A stretch of 64,000 bases of DNA, from the NCBI RefSeq assembly GCF_902713615.1, contig NC_052160.1:95776493-95840492 (forward strand). Reading direction: 5' to 3'. Numbering within the stretch: position 1 is the first letter of the stretch; every line of letters begins with the position of its first letter. The DNA comes from Scyliorhinus canicula. Its lineage: Eukaryota. Under the pieces are notes generated by a model. That model searched no databases. It was not told the DNA's origin and worked only from the letters and a program-made list of their open reading frames with translations. Both the position numbers and the translations under genes were made by a program. This document shows, piece by piece, positions 23,928 through 37,766 of this stretch.

Positions 23928-24949
23928 GGCCGACAGATTCTGTACTCGCCCGCGCCTTTTTACGGCGTCGGGCGGCGTGATCGTGTTGTCGCCGCGTTCC
24001 GTCGTCATCGCGCACGTGATTGACGCGGCCGCGTTACTAGCCCATTTCCCGGAAGTGAATACGTCGGGAAATGGACCCTTCCCGACCGTCGTAAAACGCG
24101 CCCGTTTTTTACGACAGTTTCGCGATTTTTCGCGGGTGCGGAGAATCGCGCCCACTGTTTAAAATGAAAAATCATCAATTACACTGATTTGTTTTTTTTA
24201 AAATACCATGCAGTTGTAACTGAGAACTTTTTTATTCATGCAAAATTGTACAGCATTCTTTAATTACTCTCTTTGAACTGACTTGGACCAATCCTAAGAA
24301 CGTGTTCCTGCGCGGGTCGAGTCAGGTGAATCAGTCTGAGCTGGCTCGGATGGGTTCGAGGTTCACTGGGCCAATTGGAGGATGGATAACATCAGGCACA
24401 TGAACAATCAATACTCAGCATGCCACCGTGCCAAAGCAGGGTCTCCCACAAACCTTTCTGATCTCGTCAGACGGAGCCAACATTTACTAAGCCTCGAGCA
24501 ACACTAGGGTGAAAATGTCCAGTTTTCAGACACTGCTGGTTTTTACATAGTCAGATTTGAGATATGACTTTCTGGCTCAGTTCCATGGTCAAGTATATGA
24601 ACTCCTGCATGTGACAGATATAAGCAAGACATGAAGCTCATGATGGAGGGATTCATATATTTAATGGTATGTCTATGATTTTTCAGCATTTTCTGTTAAA
24701 ACTGTCTATCACACAAATGTCCATTCCACTGTAAATGCATGCATAATTATGGGATCATACTTCTAACCACTGATCCTTTATGTATAGGAACACCAGGCCC
24801 AGTTGGTACTGCATCTTTAGAACATTTCATCTGCTTCCCAACCAATATAAATTCAACTCTTGGCTGCAGCTACTAATTGATCCAACGTTTTTGTAATATC
24901 CCATGCGTGTCCCAATTTAAATAGAAACTATCGTCCTTGTGAAGAATGT

Positions 24950-25797
24950 GGGACTGGATTCTCCGTTCCTGAGACTAAGTATTGACGCCAATGCAGAATC
25001 CGTGGACTCGCACGACAGCAAAACTGGCGCCGAACCTGGACCGATTCAGCAACTGTGGAGGGGCTAACACTGGCGCCACGTGGAACACAATCGATTCCAA
25101 TGAAAAACGATGCAGGATTCACCGGATCCGTGATTGGTACTCAGGAGGCTAACAAGCTGCAGCCGCAGATTACAATCCCCACAGACACACAGCCCAGCCA
25201 ACAAGATGGCACTAGTTGCGCTGGACCACACCTATACAGCTGATGGGTTGGCTGGGGCCAGAGAACACCTATATGCCCTGTGGCCTTAAGTTCACAGTGG
25301 GCTGTCAGCGGTATGCACAGCTGCATGGCTGCCTTTCCAGCAATGATGTTCTGTGCCCATCCAACCTGACCGCACAGCCCACCTCCTGGCCAGCCGTCCG
25401 CTATTCCCCCCCCCCCCCCCCCCCCGGCTCTGGCAAAAACCTCCCGGCCGGTGACACAACTGTCAGCAAACTATGGCGATGGTGACCACTCTGTACACCC
25501 TCTCCCTCAGCAGCCACGATGCCTGTTTCACGATTTTTAAAAGCACAAGTGAACCACGCCATCGGGACCTTGGCCCATTGGAGACAGAGGCCCCGGAGAA
25601 TACCGGGTCAGGCCTGCTAATGATATGCAAACGGTGTTACTGAACGTGCGTTCTGGACTGCATTGACGCTGTTGTCAAGGTGACGGAGAATTGCAATTTG
25701 GTATCAAATCGGCGCCCACTGTGATTTTGGTGTTGGAACCTATTCTCCACCAATCGTGTTTCCCGATTTCGCCACCAGCAGACGGAGAATCCCGCCC
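24950..25797. mobile_element. Non-autonomous Harbinger-type element
   Basis: Ends gggactggattctcc / ggagaatcccgccc. TSD not clear. Confidence 0.65.
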
Positions 25798-26256
25798 ATT
25801 GTCTTCGTTCATGGAACCGCTTTTGGGTTATTATAAGTGATAGGCAGATACAGATCTACTCCAATTCCACAATTACCAAACAAGACTTTTCAACGGTTTA
25901 TTTAACTGGCATATGCAAGGGAACTGGTACCCATCCAGGATGGAGCAAGAGCTCCCTGAAAAACTACCAAACCCCCATTTTATTCTGCTATACAGATAGA
26001 GTTATGTTTAATTTCCACCAATCATCAAGTTCTACTGTTGTACTCGGCTCAATTATGTCAACACTACTAGATTACTTCATTGCATTCAAAGTGATATTAT
26101 CCAATCACTGCTAATACTACATTGTCCAATCAATAACGACACACATAAATATTGTAATACGTGACTACCTGTGGTTAATCCCGCCCACCTTTCTGTCCTA
26201 TTTGTTGTTCAAGTTTCTTTGAACCCCTTCATAAGTCACAGATCATACACCTTTAT

Positions 26257-27075
26257 TCATTCATGGGATATGGGTGTCGCTGGCTGGGGCAGCATTTATT
26301 GCGCATCCCTAATTGCACTCGAAAAGGTGGTGGTGAGCTGCTGCCTTGAACTGTCACAATCTATGTGGTGTATGCACAACCACAATGCTGTTAGAGAGTT
26401 CCAGGATTTTGACCCAGCCACAGTGAAGGAACAGAGATATATTTCCAAGCAGAATGGTAAATGGCTTGGAGGGGAACTTTCAGGTGGCGATGATCCAAGG
26501 TCTCTGCTGTCCTAGTTCTTCTAGATGGCAGCGGTCAAGAGTTTGGACGTTGCTGACTCAGGAACTTTGGTGCGTAGTTGCTGCAATGCATCTCTAGGTG
26601 GTGCACGGTAATGCCACTGTTCGCTGTGCTGGAGGGAGTGAATGTTTGTGGAAAGGGTAGCAATCAAACAGGCTGCTTTTTCTGGATGATGTTGTGCTTC
26701 TTGAGTGTTGTTGGAACTGCACACACCCAGGCAAGTGGAAGATATTCTCCTGATTTGTGCCTTGTAGATAATGGAAAGGCTTGGGAGCCAGGAGGTAAGT
26801 TACTCGCCTCAGGATTCCGAGCCTCTGACCTGACCTTGTCACCACAGTATTTATATAGTTGATCCAGTTCAGTTTCTGGTCAATGGTAACCCCCGAGATA
26901 TTGATAGTTGGGGCTTGAGCAATGGTAATGCCATTGGAGGTCATGGTTGATGGTTAGATTCTCTCTTGTTGGAGATGGTCTTTGTCTGAAACATGTGTGA
27001 TGCAAATGTTCCTTGCCACCTATTTGCCCAAGCCTCAGTATTATCCAGGTCTTGCTGTGGATTGCTTGTAAACAC
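26257..27075 (-). mobile_element. CR1/L2-clade LINE 3' fragment
   Basis: GVTIDQKLNWINYINTVVTRSGQRLGILRR, with a 3' tail cccatgaatgaataaa. Confidence 0.75.
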
Positions 27076-27869
27076 ATTCCCCTAGGTGAAGCAAGCATAC
27101 ATAGAAATGAGGGTGGGTAATGCTTTGCGTTAATTTTTAATGTTATATACTATCAAACATTTTATTAAACTTAACTTAATTAAACATATGATGATACAGG
27201 GGTCGTAGAGTCATAGAGGTTTACAGGCCCTATGACCCAACTTGGGGCAGCACGGTAGCACAAGTGGATAGCACTGTGGCTTCACAGCACCAGGGTCCCA
27301 GGTTCGATTACCCGCTGGGACACTCTGTGTGTGGAGTCTGCACGTTCTTCCCGTGTCTGCGTGGGTTTCCTCCGGGTGCTCCGGTTTCTTCCCACAGTCC
27401 AAAGACGTGCAGGTTAGGTGGATTGGCCATGATAATTTGCCCTTAGTGACCAAAAAGGTTAGGAGGAATTATTGGGTTACGGGAATAGGTTGGAAGTGAG
27501 GGCTTAAATGGGTCGCTGCAGACTCGATGGGCCAAATGGCCTTCTTCTGCACTCTCTGCTCTATGTTGTCCATGCCACCCAGTTTTTACCACTAAGCTGG
27601 TCCCAATTGCCCACATTTGGTCTACAACCCTTTATATCCAGTTTTCCCATATAATTGCCTGAATGCTTTTTAAAAGACAAAATTGTACCCGCCTCTACTA
27701 CTGCCTCTGGCAGCTCGTTCCAGACACTCACCACCCTCTGAGAGAGAAAATATTGCCCCTCTGGACCCTTTTATATCTCTCCCCTCTCACCTTAAACCTA
27801 TGCCTTCTAGTTTAAACCATACATACCAGCAAACATTTGCCACTAAGACAGGCTTTCATCTGTTTCCAT

Positions 27870-28118
27870 TGCTAGTTAGTCGCCAGGGGCTTCTAGCTTG
27901 AGGAGGCGCCATTCCACATCAAACATGGCTAACCAGGAGCCTCTCCAACTCTTGCTGTCAGCCATTGGTGTGTTTGGAAGCATTTTGCAAGTTGACACTC
28001 AACCTTTTTGGCTGAGTTATGAAGGCACCTTCCTTGGCCATCAAGTCCTGGGGTGGGACTCGAACCCAAAGCTCCTGGCTCAGAATCAGGGACCCTACCC
28101 ACTGCACCACAAGACCTA
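27870..28118 (-). mobile_element. Older tRNA-derived SINE of a different family
   Basis: tRNA-like head ggtcttgtggtgcagtgggtag...gggttcgagtccca followed by a non-HE1 body. Confidence 0.55.
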
Positions 28119-28930
28119 TGTGTCACAAGGTAATGTAACTTTTATGTTTTTGAGAGATTTGTGGGCTGCAAAATGTAGGGTTTGGCCCACAAACAAGGAT
28201 TCAATGCACATTATCATTATTTTCTGTCACATTGCTGATTGAAATACAAAAGCACTTTATTTGACCAACCCAGTATTAGAACACACTTCATTGCCTAATC
28301 TTTTTAGTTGATATCATTGCCAAATGCTTGTCCAACTCTCTCTTACAATGGCAGATTGAAAGGCCAGAACTTCCGAGGGGTTGCGATCACGGAACACTGG
28401 GGGGACGTGAGGCCACATCTGCTTTTTTATGGCACTGGATGCTGTAAAACAACTAGGTTTAACGTTGGAAGCCACTTTGAAAAGCCAAGGAGAAGGTATG
28501 TTGTGTGTAAAAAGTCAGGGGAGTCAGGCGCGTAGTCAGGCATCGGGAAATCAGTTGGGAGATTGGCAGGCAATATGGGATGAGGATATGTGTGTGTGTG
28601 TGGGGGGTTGCTAGGGCAGGGATAGTCTGGTTGGAGGGGGGTGTCAGAATGATAGTTCAGGAGGTCATTAGGATGTAGAGAGTATACACAGGAGGGTAGT
28701 CGGAAGATTCTGAAGGGTGGTTGGGGAAGTGGGGAGGGTGGTGGGGGGCAGGGGTACCACACACATTTGTTTCCTCTGAGATTGGAGGTTATGGATAATT
28801 TAACGTTCTGTTTATAGTTCAGATTCCTTTCATCTAACGTAACTTACTCATGTCATTAAGGCTATGGTTGGTTCAGTTATGGTTAATTTATTGAAATAAC
28901 AGCAACATGTACTTGTAAAACTGCCTTGAC

Positions 28931-29760
28931 TGCAGCAAAAGATTCCGAGATGTTTCAAAGCGGCATTTGACAACGAGCCATGTGAGGAGATATTAGATAA
29001 TGACCAAAATCCCAGTCAAACGGGTCAATTTTAAGGAGCGTCTCAAAGAAAGTGAGGTAGGGAGATGGAGAAATTAAGATAGAAATTTCCAGAACATGTG
29101 GGGTAGGCAACTGAAGGCTCGGTCACCAATGGCTGAGGGCCCACGATACCAGAATTACAGGAGTACAAATATTTCAGAGGTTTGAAGGGCAGGAGGAAAT
29201 TAGAGGGAAGGTGGGGTATGACCATGGAGGAATTTGAAAGCAAGGATGAGAATTTTAAAATCAAGACATTCCTTAATGGGGAGCCAATGTAGGTCAGCGA
29301 CGCAGGACAAGATGGGAGAACAGAACTTGATGCAAGTTAGGACACGAGCAGCAAAGTTTATGACCTCAAGTTTACAGAGAGTAGAATGTGGGAGGCCAAC
29401 CAGGAGTGGGTTAGAACATCAGGTTTGCAGGTTACAAAGGCATTGATGAGAATTTCAGCAGCAGATGAGCTGAGGCAGAAGCAGATTCAGGAGATGTTTT
29501 GGAGGTGTAGAAAGGCAGTTTAGTGATGGTACTTATGTCAGACGATCACCTCCGGGTCAGATATGGCACAAAACTTGTGAGCAGTCCGATTTATCCTCAG
29601 GCAGTTTTCAGGGAGAAGGATGGATTTGGTGACTGGGAAACATGGTGTGGTCCGAAGTCAATGGCTTTGTCTTCCCAATATTTAATTATAGTAAATTTCT
29701 GCTCATCCAGTTCTTCACATTTTAAGATAGTGGAGGAATTGAGAAATGTACCGGTGAGGT
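28931..29760 (-). mobile_element. L2-like LINE fragment
   Basis: Pattern typical of L2 3' regions; degenerate. Confidence 0.5.
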
Positions 29761-29788
29761 AGAACTAGGTGTCATCAATGTACATATA

Positions 29789-29900
29789 GGCCAGGATTCT
29801 CCATTGTTTGTCCACCTCGCGATTGCTGCTCGCGACGACGGATAATTTGGCACTCAGCCAAATCTCCCATTCACTGCAGTGGGACCGGAGAATCCCACCC
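29789..29900. mobile_element. Short Harbinger-type MITE with its right end duplicated (about 41 bp, to about 29950)
   Basis: TIR-like ggccaggattctcc / ggagaatcccaccc. TSD ATA. Confidence 0.65.
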
Positions 29901-30199
29901 ATAGAAACCATTCACTGCAACGGGACCGGAGAATCCCACCCATAGAAACCAATGCTGTGTTTTAAAATGATTATGTAAATCAGAAATGATGGCAGATTTG
30001 TAGGGCAAGACACAAGTGCACAAGTTGAGAGTACTGTTAATATTGGCAAACAGCAGAGCCAAGAAGGAAAGTTGGCTGATCAATAATTTAGTGGGAATAG
30101 GGGAAGCAGTAGGTGGACACCATAAACAGAAATAAGCTCAGGGAGGACATGAGGAGAGAAATTGGAACATATGCGGGCTAGACAGGGTGGATTCTGTTC

Positions 30200-31034
30200 T
30201 TTGTTCTTTGGTTGCCCAATAACTACAGTCACCAGGTTTGTAAATTTAAACATAATTAACTTTTATTAATAACTAACTATAATCAAATAGGCAGCGAATA
30301 CAACTGATTAACTACTATCTAATTTTTAACCCCTCCTCCTAAACTTTCTCCACCCTCTATATACTCACACAAGACAGACAAACACAAAGCGGAAAGATGG
30401 GTGTCAACAATAGTACTAAAAGTAAAAGGATAAAAGTGTCTTGTTTCAGATGGACGTCTCCCAGTTAGATTATTTTAGACTAGGCCTCCAGTTGGATGTC
30501 TTTGCATTCAACCTGTAATGGTTTTCACGGTAGATTCATCAGTATCTCAAGACGTCTCTGCAGATGCCGAAACAGCAAGTAGGAAATATTTGAGAGAGAA
30601 TAACATGCAGCCTCTCCTCTCCGTGTCCAGAATCTTTCTCTGCTGGGTCCTCTGAAAACACCCCACCTGGCAGGACCCAATCACTTTGCTGCCGGGCAGA
30701 GTACGGTCCTTGACCAATCCGTTGGTTGCCAGCCAATCAAAGTGATTCCGTCAAATTTCTTGGGTGCCATAAACTGAGTTCTGTTCAAAATCTAAATCTT
30801 CCTAGCACAGTGTACTATTCTGCAACTTTTGAGTTCCTCGCTTCCCCTGCTTGACTTCAAGGTATATGTCCATTAAATTTCCATAGACTAAAAATTATAA
30901 TGACAAAGTATAATAAACAGGAACAAACAAAAGAACAAAGAACAATATAGCACAGGAACAGGCCCTTCGGCCCTCCAAGCCTGTACCGGCCATGAAACCA
31001 AGAAATAAGGGAACCGACAGGAAGGGTCTTTACA
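30200..31034 (-). mobile_element. LTR-like element containing a SINE-tail fragment
   Basis: Starts TGTAAAGACCC on the minus strand, with CCAAT boxes and AATAAA. Left boundary and TSD unresolved. Confidence 0.4.
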
Positions 31035-34000
31035 CTACTCCCAATTAGTTCCAAAATATCTAATGACAACTGTGTTTGCATTCAAACAGACGTCCCTAAC
31101 CTGTCTGCACAGGTCAGCAGCTGTTGCCTCAAAATAATCTGGTGACCTGTAACATATCCCAACAACTAGATACTAATAAATCAATAAAAATTGGCCTAAT
31201 CTAACGTTACCTAACAATGAGGCAACAAAACCAAGAACCATGAATTTCAAGTCTCCAGCCTAATACTAATGAATAACAAAAACTGCAAATAGACTTGCCG
31301 TAATCATATTTTTGGTCTTCTTAATTAAAAAAGGATGTAATTGCTTTTTAAGCAGTTCAGAGAAGGTTCACTTGACACATTCCTAGAATGAAAGGCTGGG
31401 CTTATATCCATTGGACTTTAGAAGAATGGGAGGTGATCTTATTGAAACAAAGATGATCTTGATAGGTTGCATACCCGGAAGATGTTTCCTCCTGTGGGGA
31501 TGATTAGAACTAGGGGTCACAGTTTTAAAAATAAGATGACTCACTTTTAAGACAGAGATGAGGAGAATTTGTTTCCTCTGGGAGTGCTTTCTTCACCAGA
31601 AAGTATTCTCCTCCTTTTCTTTCAACTCTAGTTTTCTGTAAACTGTGGCACGAAAATGATAACTGATTCTCTCCATATTCAGCCAAGTTTCATTCCAAAT
31701 CACTACATAATGATATTGAACATGAACTTTGGATATTTTGGCCCTGTCTCACCAGCAACTACGCCCCCTCCCCGCCATTGCCTCTCCAACCTTGATAGCA
31801 CAGAAGTGTGGATACCAATGGTAGCATTTCTACTGCTTTACCAGCTGAGATCAGCTAAAGTCAACACAGAGCACACAGTGAACCTCAGGATTCAAGACAC
31901 TGCTCAGCTCTACATTGGACAGTGCTTTGCAAAGCTTCAGAGGATAGCCTCTCTCTAAACAAATGGACCGTGTCAGCCATAGCGGCAATATACTGAGGCA
32001 GTTGTCATTTCACTAATTTGGAATCATATATGTCATAACAAATGTATTGGTCTATTAGAGAGTTAGTTATAGCTGTTATTAATGTAGCTTCTCTTTATTA
32101 ATATGAATTTTGTTCTGATTATTAAAAAGACAAAGTGTGAATATAAAGGGGGATAAACTGCAAATCTTGTTATTGAAATGAAGTCAGCAGCAGAGATGCG
32201 GTTATTGACTGAAAAGATTGCTTTGTGAAAGGTTTGAAATTCATGAGTTTGTGTAAGTTTTAGGATAGAAATGAAATCCCTGCAACAGTGTTATATCTAG
32301 AGCTGTCTTCTCAATCTCCGATGTATCACTCCCTAACACCTATAATGGATTATTCCTGGAGAAGAGGCATTTAAAGACATTGTCATCTGGTATTTAGTGG
32401 GGGAGGGGAAGATAGTTTCCACCAGATGATGAAAAAATTGAGAAGCACAAAGGTAGGCAGTTGATATTTTATTGTAAAACACAGTGTCACCACTGGCTTA
32501 TATATTTGGGATATTGAAAACAATCCCATGTTGTCAATTGTGATATGTGCTACATAAGAGGTGTTCCATATGTGAGACAATATTTTGTATATATGAGAGA
32601 ATATTTTATTACCATATTGTAAACCTACATGAACACAACTTGTACAGACTTAAGGCAGACCTATATTGAAATAACAGTGACTATTAGGCAGTTCTGAATC
32701 TCCTTTCCCGAAGTACAGTGACTACTGGCTAAGAGCTGAAGTTGGAGTCAAACCGGACAGGGTAATTCAACGAACTTAAAATACAAGGTAAGAGAAATTA
32801 AAGAAAATCCTTTCAGTTCAGTCCAAGTGAAATAGATTAAATGAGTTTTGCTTCTTCCCAGATGGCCCACTGCATCGTGTAGAGTTACTGAAGTGATTGG
32901 CATACAGCACCCATACTCTATAATAAAGAAAAATACATAATTACTGTTTATATATCACTGAATGCAGAGCGTTGGAAAGATTTACTTTTGTGAGCTTGTT
33001 TTTGGTTTGTTAGAAACAAATATGTTTTCCTTAGACTAATATTTCAGTGGTTGGGTACAGTAGCACAGTAATCCAAAGTGCTCCCTAGTGTTGTGAAGAC
33101 ATGTATTCAACACCCACCATGGTTGTTTGGTGCATTTAAATTAATTAAATAAAATAAATCTGGAATAAAAAGTTATTCTCCATACGGTGATCATAAAACC
33201 CACAAAATATAATACATCCGTCTGGTTCACTGATCTCTTATAGGAAAGGAAATTTGCCATTCCTTTTATATATATTTTTTTCAATTTAGAGTACCCAATC
33301 AATTTTTTCCAATTAAGGGGCAATTTAGCGTGGCCAATCCACCTAACCTGCACATCTTTGGGCTCTGGGGGGCGAAACGCACGCAAACACGGGGAGAATG
33401 TGCAAACTCCGCACAGAGAGTGATCCAGAGCCGAGATCGAACTTGGGACCTCAGCGGCATGAGGCAGCAGTGCTAACCACTGCGCCACCGTCCTGCCCAA
33501 ATTTGCCATCCTTGGCTTATATACGACTCCAAACCCACCGTAATGTGATTGATTCTAAACTGCCCTCCGAAATAGGTGAGCAAACGACTAAATTGTGTCA
33601 CAGCCACCTTTGCACAGGCAATTCTGTCTGTGACACAGAACTCTGTGCTCCAAGGGCTGTTCCCAAGGACGCACACAGAGATGAACATTAGCTGTTAACT
33701 CAGTAAAAGGCCCTCTTTGTTCTGTCCAAAACAGGTTGGTCTTCCAGTGCAGAGTTGTCCCCGATCAAGTGCTGCAGACTGGCCCATTGCAAAGCTCAGG
33801 ACTACCTGCTGAGGGATGCATAAAAGTTTGGAGCAGCTTCCGCAGAGGCACACTGGGGGTAGGTCGCTGTCTAAGGCCTTTCAGCCATAGTGAACTGAGG
33901 GGACTGAAATTGTACAGAACCCCTCGGGTTGTATGACTCGCATTGAATATATACAGTAAAATACAGTAAATATTACATGTATCACAATTGTATGGAAGCA

Positions 34001-34309
34001 CCTCAGAGTGCAACCTGATCTATGTGACAACTTAAATACCTTTGCACCATTTGTAATGACCATTTTGAAATGCCCGTAACGTTTCTTTGACTGTATTGAA
34101 GCACCTTCAAGTGCAACATGATGTATGTAGAGAATCTGAATATTCCACTTAATGAGATGGCCTTTTTGAAATGATTGTACATGTTCTTTCAGATATTTTA
34201 AAAATAAAGTAAATTTTTGCAAGAAATTATTACGCGCAATGAATGCCAGTCTAGCCAATGATACCTACATGCCATGAATTAATAAAAATCAAAGGTGGTC
34301 AATGTATTA

Positions 34310-34410
34310 CCAAAATGAAAATGCTGGAAAATCCCAGCCGGTCTGGCAGCATCTGTAGGGAGAGAAAAGAGCTAACGTTTCGAGTCCAATGACTCTTTGT
34401 CAAAGCTGAC
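34310..34410 (-). mobile_element. Penelope-like element terminal fragment (an older similar copy at about 16575-16870)
   Basis: gctggaaaatcccagccggtctggcagcatctgtag...taacgtttcgagtccaatgactc pattern. Confidence 0.5.
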
Positions 34411-36540
34411 AAAGTTGTCAATGTATTACAGCTTTGTATCAGATAGTAAATGCAGTATTCCTTTGTACACCTATTTTTTAAAGGCATACAAATACATTCA
34501 ATTTGAACTGACCATTCACCCACAAAATCAACTCCGTCGCAATCCCAACAGATTTTATTTGTAAATTTATTCTCACTGCAGTTCTACATAGGATATTATA
34601 AAGAATAAACAGTAAGAACTTAAATTTATAAAATACCTTTTGAGGATGTTCCAAAGCACCTTACAGCCAATGCATCACTTGTGAAGTGTGGTCAACGTTG
34701 TAATGGAGGGTAACACGTCGGCTAATTTGAGCATACTAAGGTCACACAAACAGCAACATGATCATTTGTTTTAGTGACTTTTGTTTGGGGAACAAATGTT
34801 GGCCAGGACACCTGCTTAGGGGCGGCACAGTAGCACAGTGATTAGCACTGTTGCTTCACAGCACCAGGGACTTGGGTTCGATTCCCGGCTTGGGTCACTG
34901 TCTGTGCGGAGTCTGCACGTTCTCCCCGTGTCTGCGTGGGTTTCCTCCGGGTGCTCTGGTTTCCTCCCACAAGTCCCGAAAGACGTGCTTGTTAGGTGAA
35001 TTGGACATTCTGAATTCTCCCTCTGTACACGAACAGGCGTCGTAGTGTGGGGACTAGGGGATTTTCACAGTAACCTCATTACGGTGTTAATGTAAGCCTA
35101 CTTGTGACACTAATAAACATTATTAATATTACTATTTTCTCTGAAAAGGACCATAAGTTAGTTTGCATCTGCTTGAGAGACAGTTTACCATCTCCCCTGA
35201 AATTAAGCATCTTTGACAATGCAGCATCGCCCTGTATACTGTGCTGAAGTCTTTAGGATGGGGTTTTGAACACCTGGCCATCTCAAAGAGGAAGTGTGTT
35301 ACTGTTGAGCTAAGGATGCATGGGGGCGGGTGGCAGTGGATTGATCCTGTGCAGGTTTGTAGCTTCTCTTTATTTCCAGCTGAACCTATCACCAGCAGAC
35401 TAGCTTCAAGTTGATGCAGAATTGGATGCACATTTGCACAGCATTCCAGACCAGATATGCTCATGTACAGTAAATGAAAAGATCATTATTAGTACTAACT
35501 GCAACCAGTTCACCGCTGGAACATAATTGAAAAAGTTTCCATCCACATTGTAGACCTGACTGGATTACTTGGTCTTTGGTGTACCCGTCCTTACATTGCC
35601 CAATCTATAAATACTCACAGAGACAGCTGAAATTATACAAAGAAATATGAGACCCTCACATAGTCATAACACAATGCAACAAAGACACTACGGGATATAG
35701 GAATGAAGTCTAAAGCTATCACTGGCTGTTTCTCAGTACCATCACAATCCTTTAATTGAATATTCCAATGTACGATGTGCTGTGTACTTAAATATAATTT
35801 GCACTAATTTACTTAATTTCTGGTATTTGAATAGCTTTAGAATTAAGTTATTCAGAATACTGGAACATTATGGATATGGAAATAAAAAGCTGGTGAATCG
35901 GAGTGTTTCAATTGTGGCCAGTCACGAAGGACATTTCTAGCTATGATTTACTAGCTAACTGCATAGTTTTCCAGTCACCATAAGACCATCAGATATAGGA
36001 GCAGAATTAGGCCATTTGGCCCATCGCGTCTGCTCTACCATTTGATCATCGCTGATCTGCTCCTCATCCCCATTCTCCTGCTTCTCCTCATTCTCCTGCC
36101 TTCTCCCCATAACCCCGATCCCATTATTAATCAAGAAATCCCCATATTAATCAAGAATGCCAGATTTGAGCTTGAGGTGCTATTACTTACAGGGCTACAG
36201 ACCAAGAGCTGGAAGATGGAATTAGACAGAATTGATCTCAGAACATAAGAACCAGGAGTAAGAAATGTAGCCTCTCGAGCCTGCTCCACCATTCAATACG
36301 GCCGTGGCTGACCTCATCATGGGCTCAACTCCACCGTCCTCCCTAACCCTTCAACCGGTTACTAATTAAAAATCTGTCTCACTCCTCAAATTTACTCACT
36401 GTCCCAGCATCCACCACACTCTGGGGTAATGAATTCCACAGGTTCATGACCCTTTGGGAGAAGTAGTTTCTGAATGCATTCAAACATTCTCACATTACTG
36501 CCCAAATGCCACCCAATGAGAGTGAGTGTGACTATTCATA

Positions 36541-37210
36541 GAACATAGAAAAATATAGCACAGAACAGGCCCTTCGGCCCACGATGTTGTGCCAAACGTT
36601 TCTCCCAGATTAAGAACAAATTAATCTACACCCCATCATTCTACCGTGTTCCATGTGCCTATCCAATAACCGCTTGAAAGTTCCTAAAGTGTCCGACTCC
36701 ACTATCGCAGCAGGCAGTCCATTCCACACCCTAACCACTCTCTGAGTAAAGAACCTACCTCGGACATCCCTCCTATACCTCCCACCCTGAATCTTATAGT
36801 TATGCTCCCTTGTAACGGCTCCATCTATCCGAGGAAATAGTCTCTGAACGTCCACTCTATCTATCCCCCTCATCATCTTATAAACCTCTATTAGGTCGCC
36901 TCTCATCCTCCTCCACTCCAAAGAGAAAAGCCCTAGCTCCCTCAACCTTTCCTCATAAGACCTATCCTCCAAAGCAGGCAGCATCCTGATAAATCTTTGC
37001 ACCCTTTCCAATGCTTCCACATCCTTCCTATAGTGAAGTGACCAGAACTGCACACAATACTCCAAATGTGGTCTCACCAGGGTCATGTACAGTTGCAGCA
37101 TAACCCCATGGCTCTTAAACTCAAGCCCCTTGTTAATAAACGCTAACACACTATAGGCCTTCTTCACGGCTCTATCCACTTGGCAACCTTCAGAGATCTG
37201 TGGACATGAA
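36541..37210 (-). mobile_element. CR1 LINE 3' fragment
   Basis: LVRPHLEYCVQFWSLHYRKDVEALERVQR...FFTQRVVRVWNGLP, with a (tctatgt)n tail. Confidence 0.9.
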
Positions 37211-37368
37211 CTGGTGATAAGAGCCACAATGGTGGTTTGGGAAGGGCAGGTGCTTTAAGTATAAACAGGCAGGGAAGCATCATGTCACCAGCTCTCAGGC
37301 AGGTTTATGTCAAACCTATAATGTTAATAAAATCACCCACATTAAAGGTCATGGCTGCTGATGGCACT

Positions 37369-37766
37369 TGTCATAATATACACACAGGTATATGATGGTG
37401 CACAGACAGGCAGTGATTGACACAGGTTGACCAATGAACACACAGAACACAGCAGCCAATCACCAAACAGGACATGACCACTATAAAGCCAGAGGGCACT
37501 AGTTTTCCCGCTCTCTTGGGATCCAGCCTCTGAGACAGAGCCCATGAGAAACAACTAGAACTTACACCATGTGCTAGTAAGGTAGTCTGGTCAGGTTAGC
37601 CTCGGGTCTCCAGTCAACTCAGCATAGTGTCAACCCACAGTTAAAGTATGTATGATAGTTAATAGTTCAATAAAATAGAGTTGCATTTCTTCAAGTGTTG
37701 GAAGCCTGTCTCTCTCACTGCTGCAGTAAACGCAATCCTCACAGACCCAGCTTACCCAACACATCA
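37369..37766 (+). mobile_element. Solo LTR with 5-bp TSD
   Basis: TG...CA ends. TSD GCACT at 37364-37368 and 37767-37771. Internal TATAAA and AATAAA. Confidence 0.85.

Larger units (their letters stand above)
18529..24153. mobile_element. PIF/Harbinger DNA transposon, near-complete autonomous copy
   Basis: TIRs gggcgcgattctcc / ggagaatcgcgccc. 3-bp TSD ACT (18526-18528 and 24154-24156). Convergent transposase and Myb/SANT genes. Confidence 0.95.

Noticed and set aside
31656-31958. 100-aa ORF in unique sequence
   Set aside because: No recognisable domain or supporting splice pattern; the length is compatible with chance.
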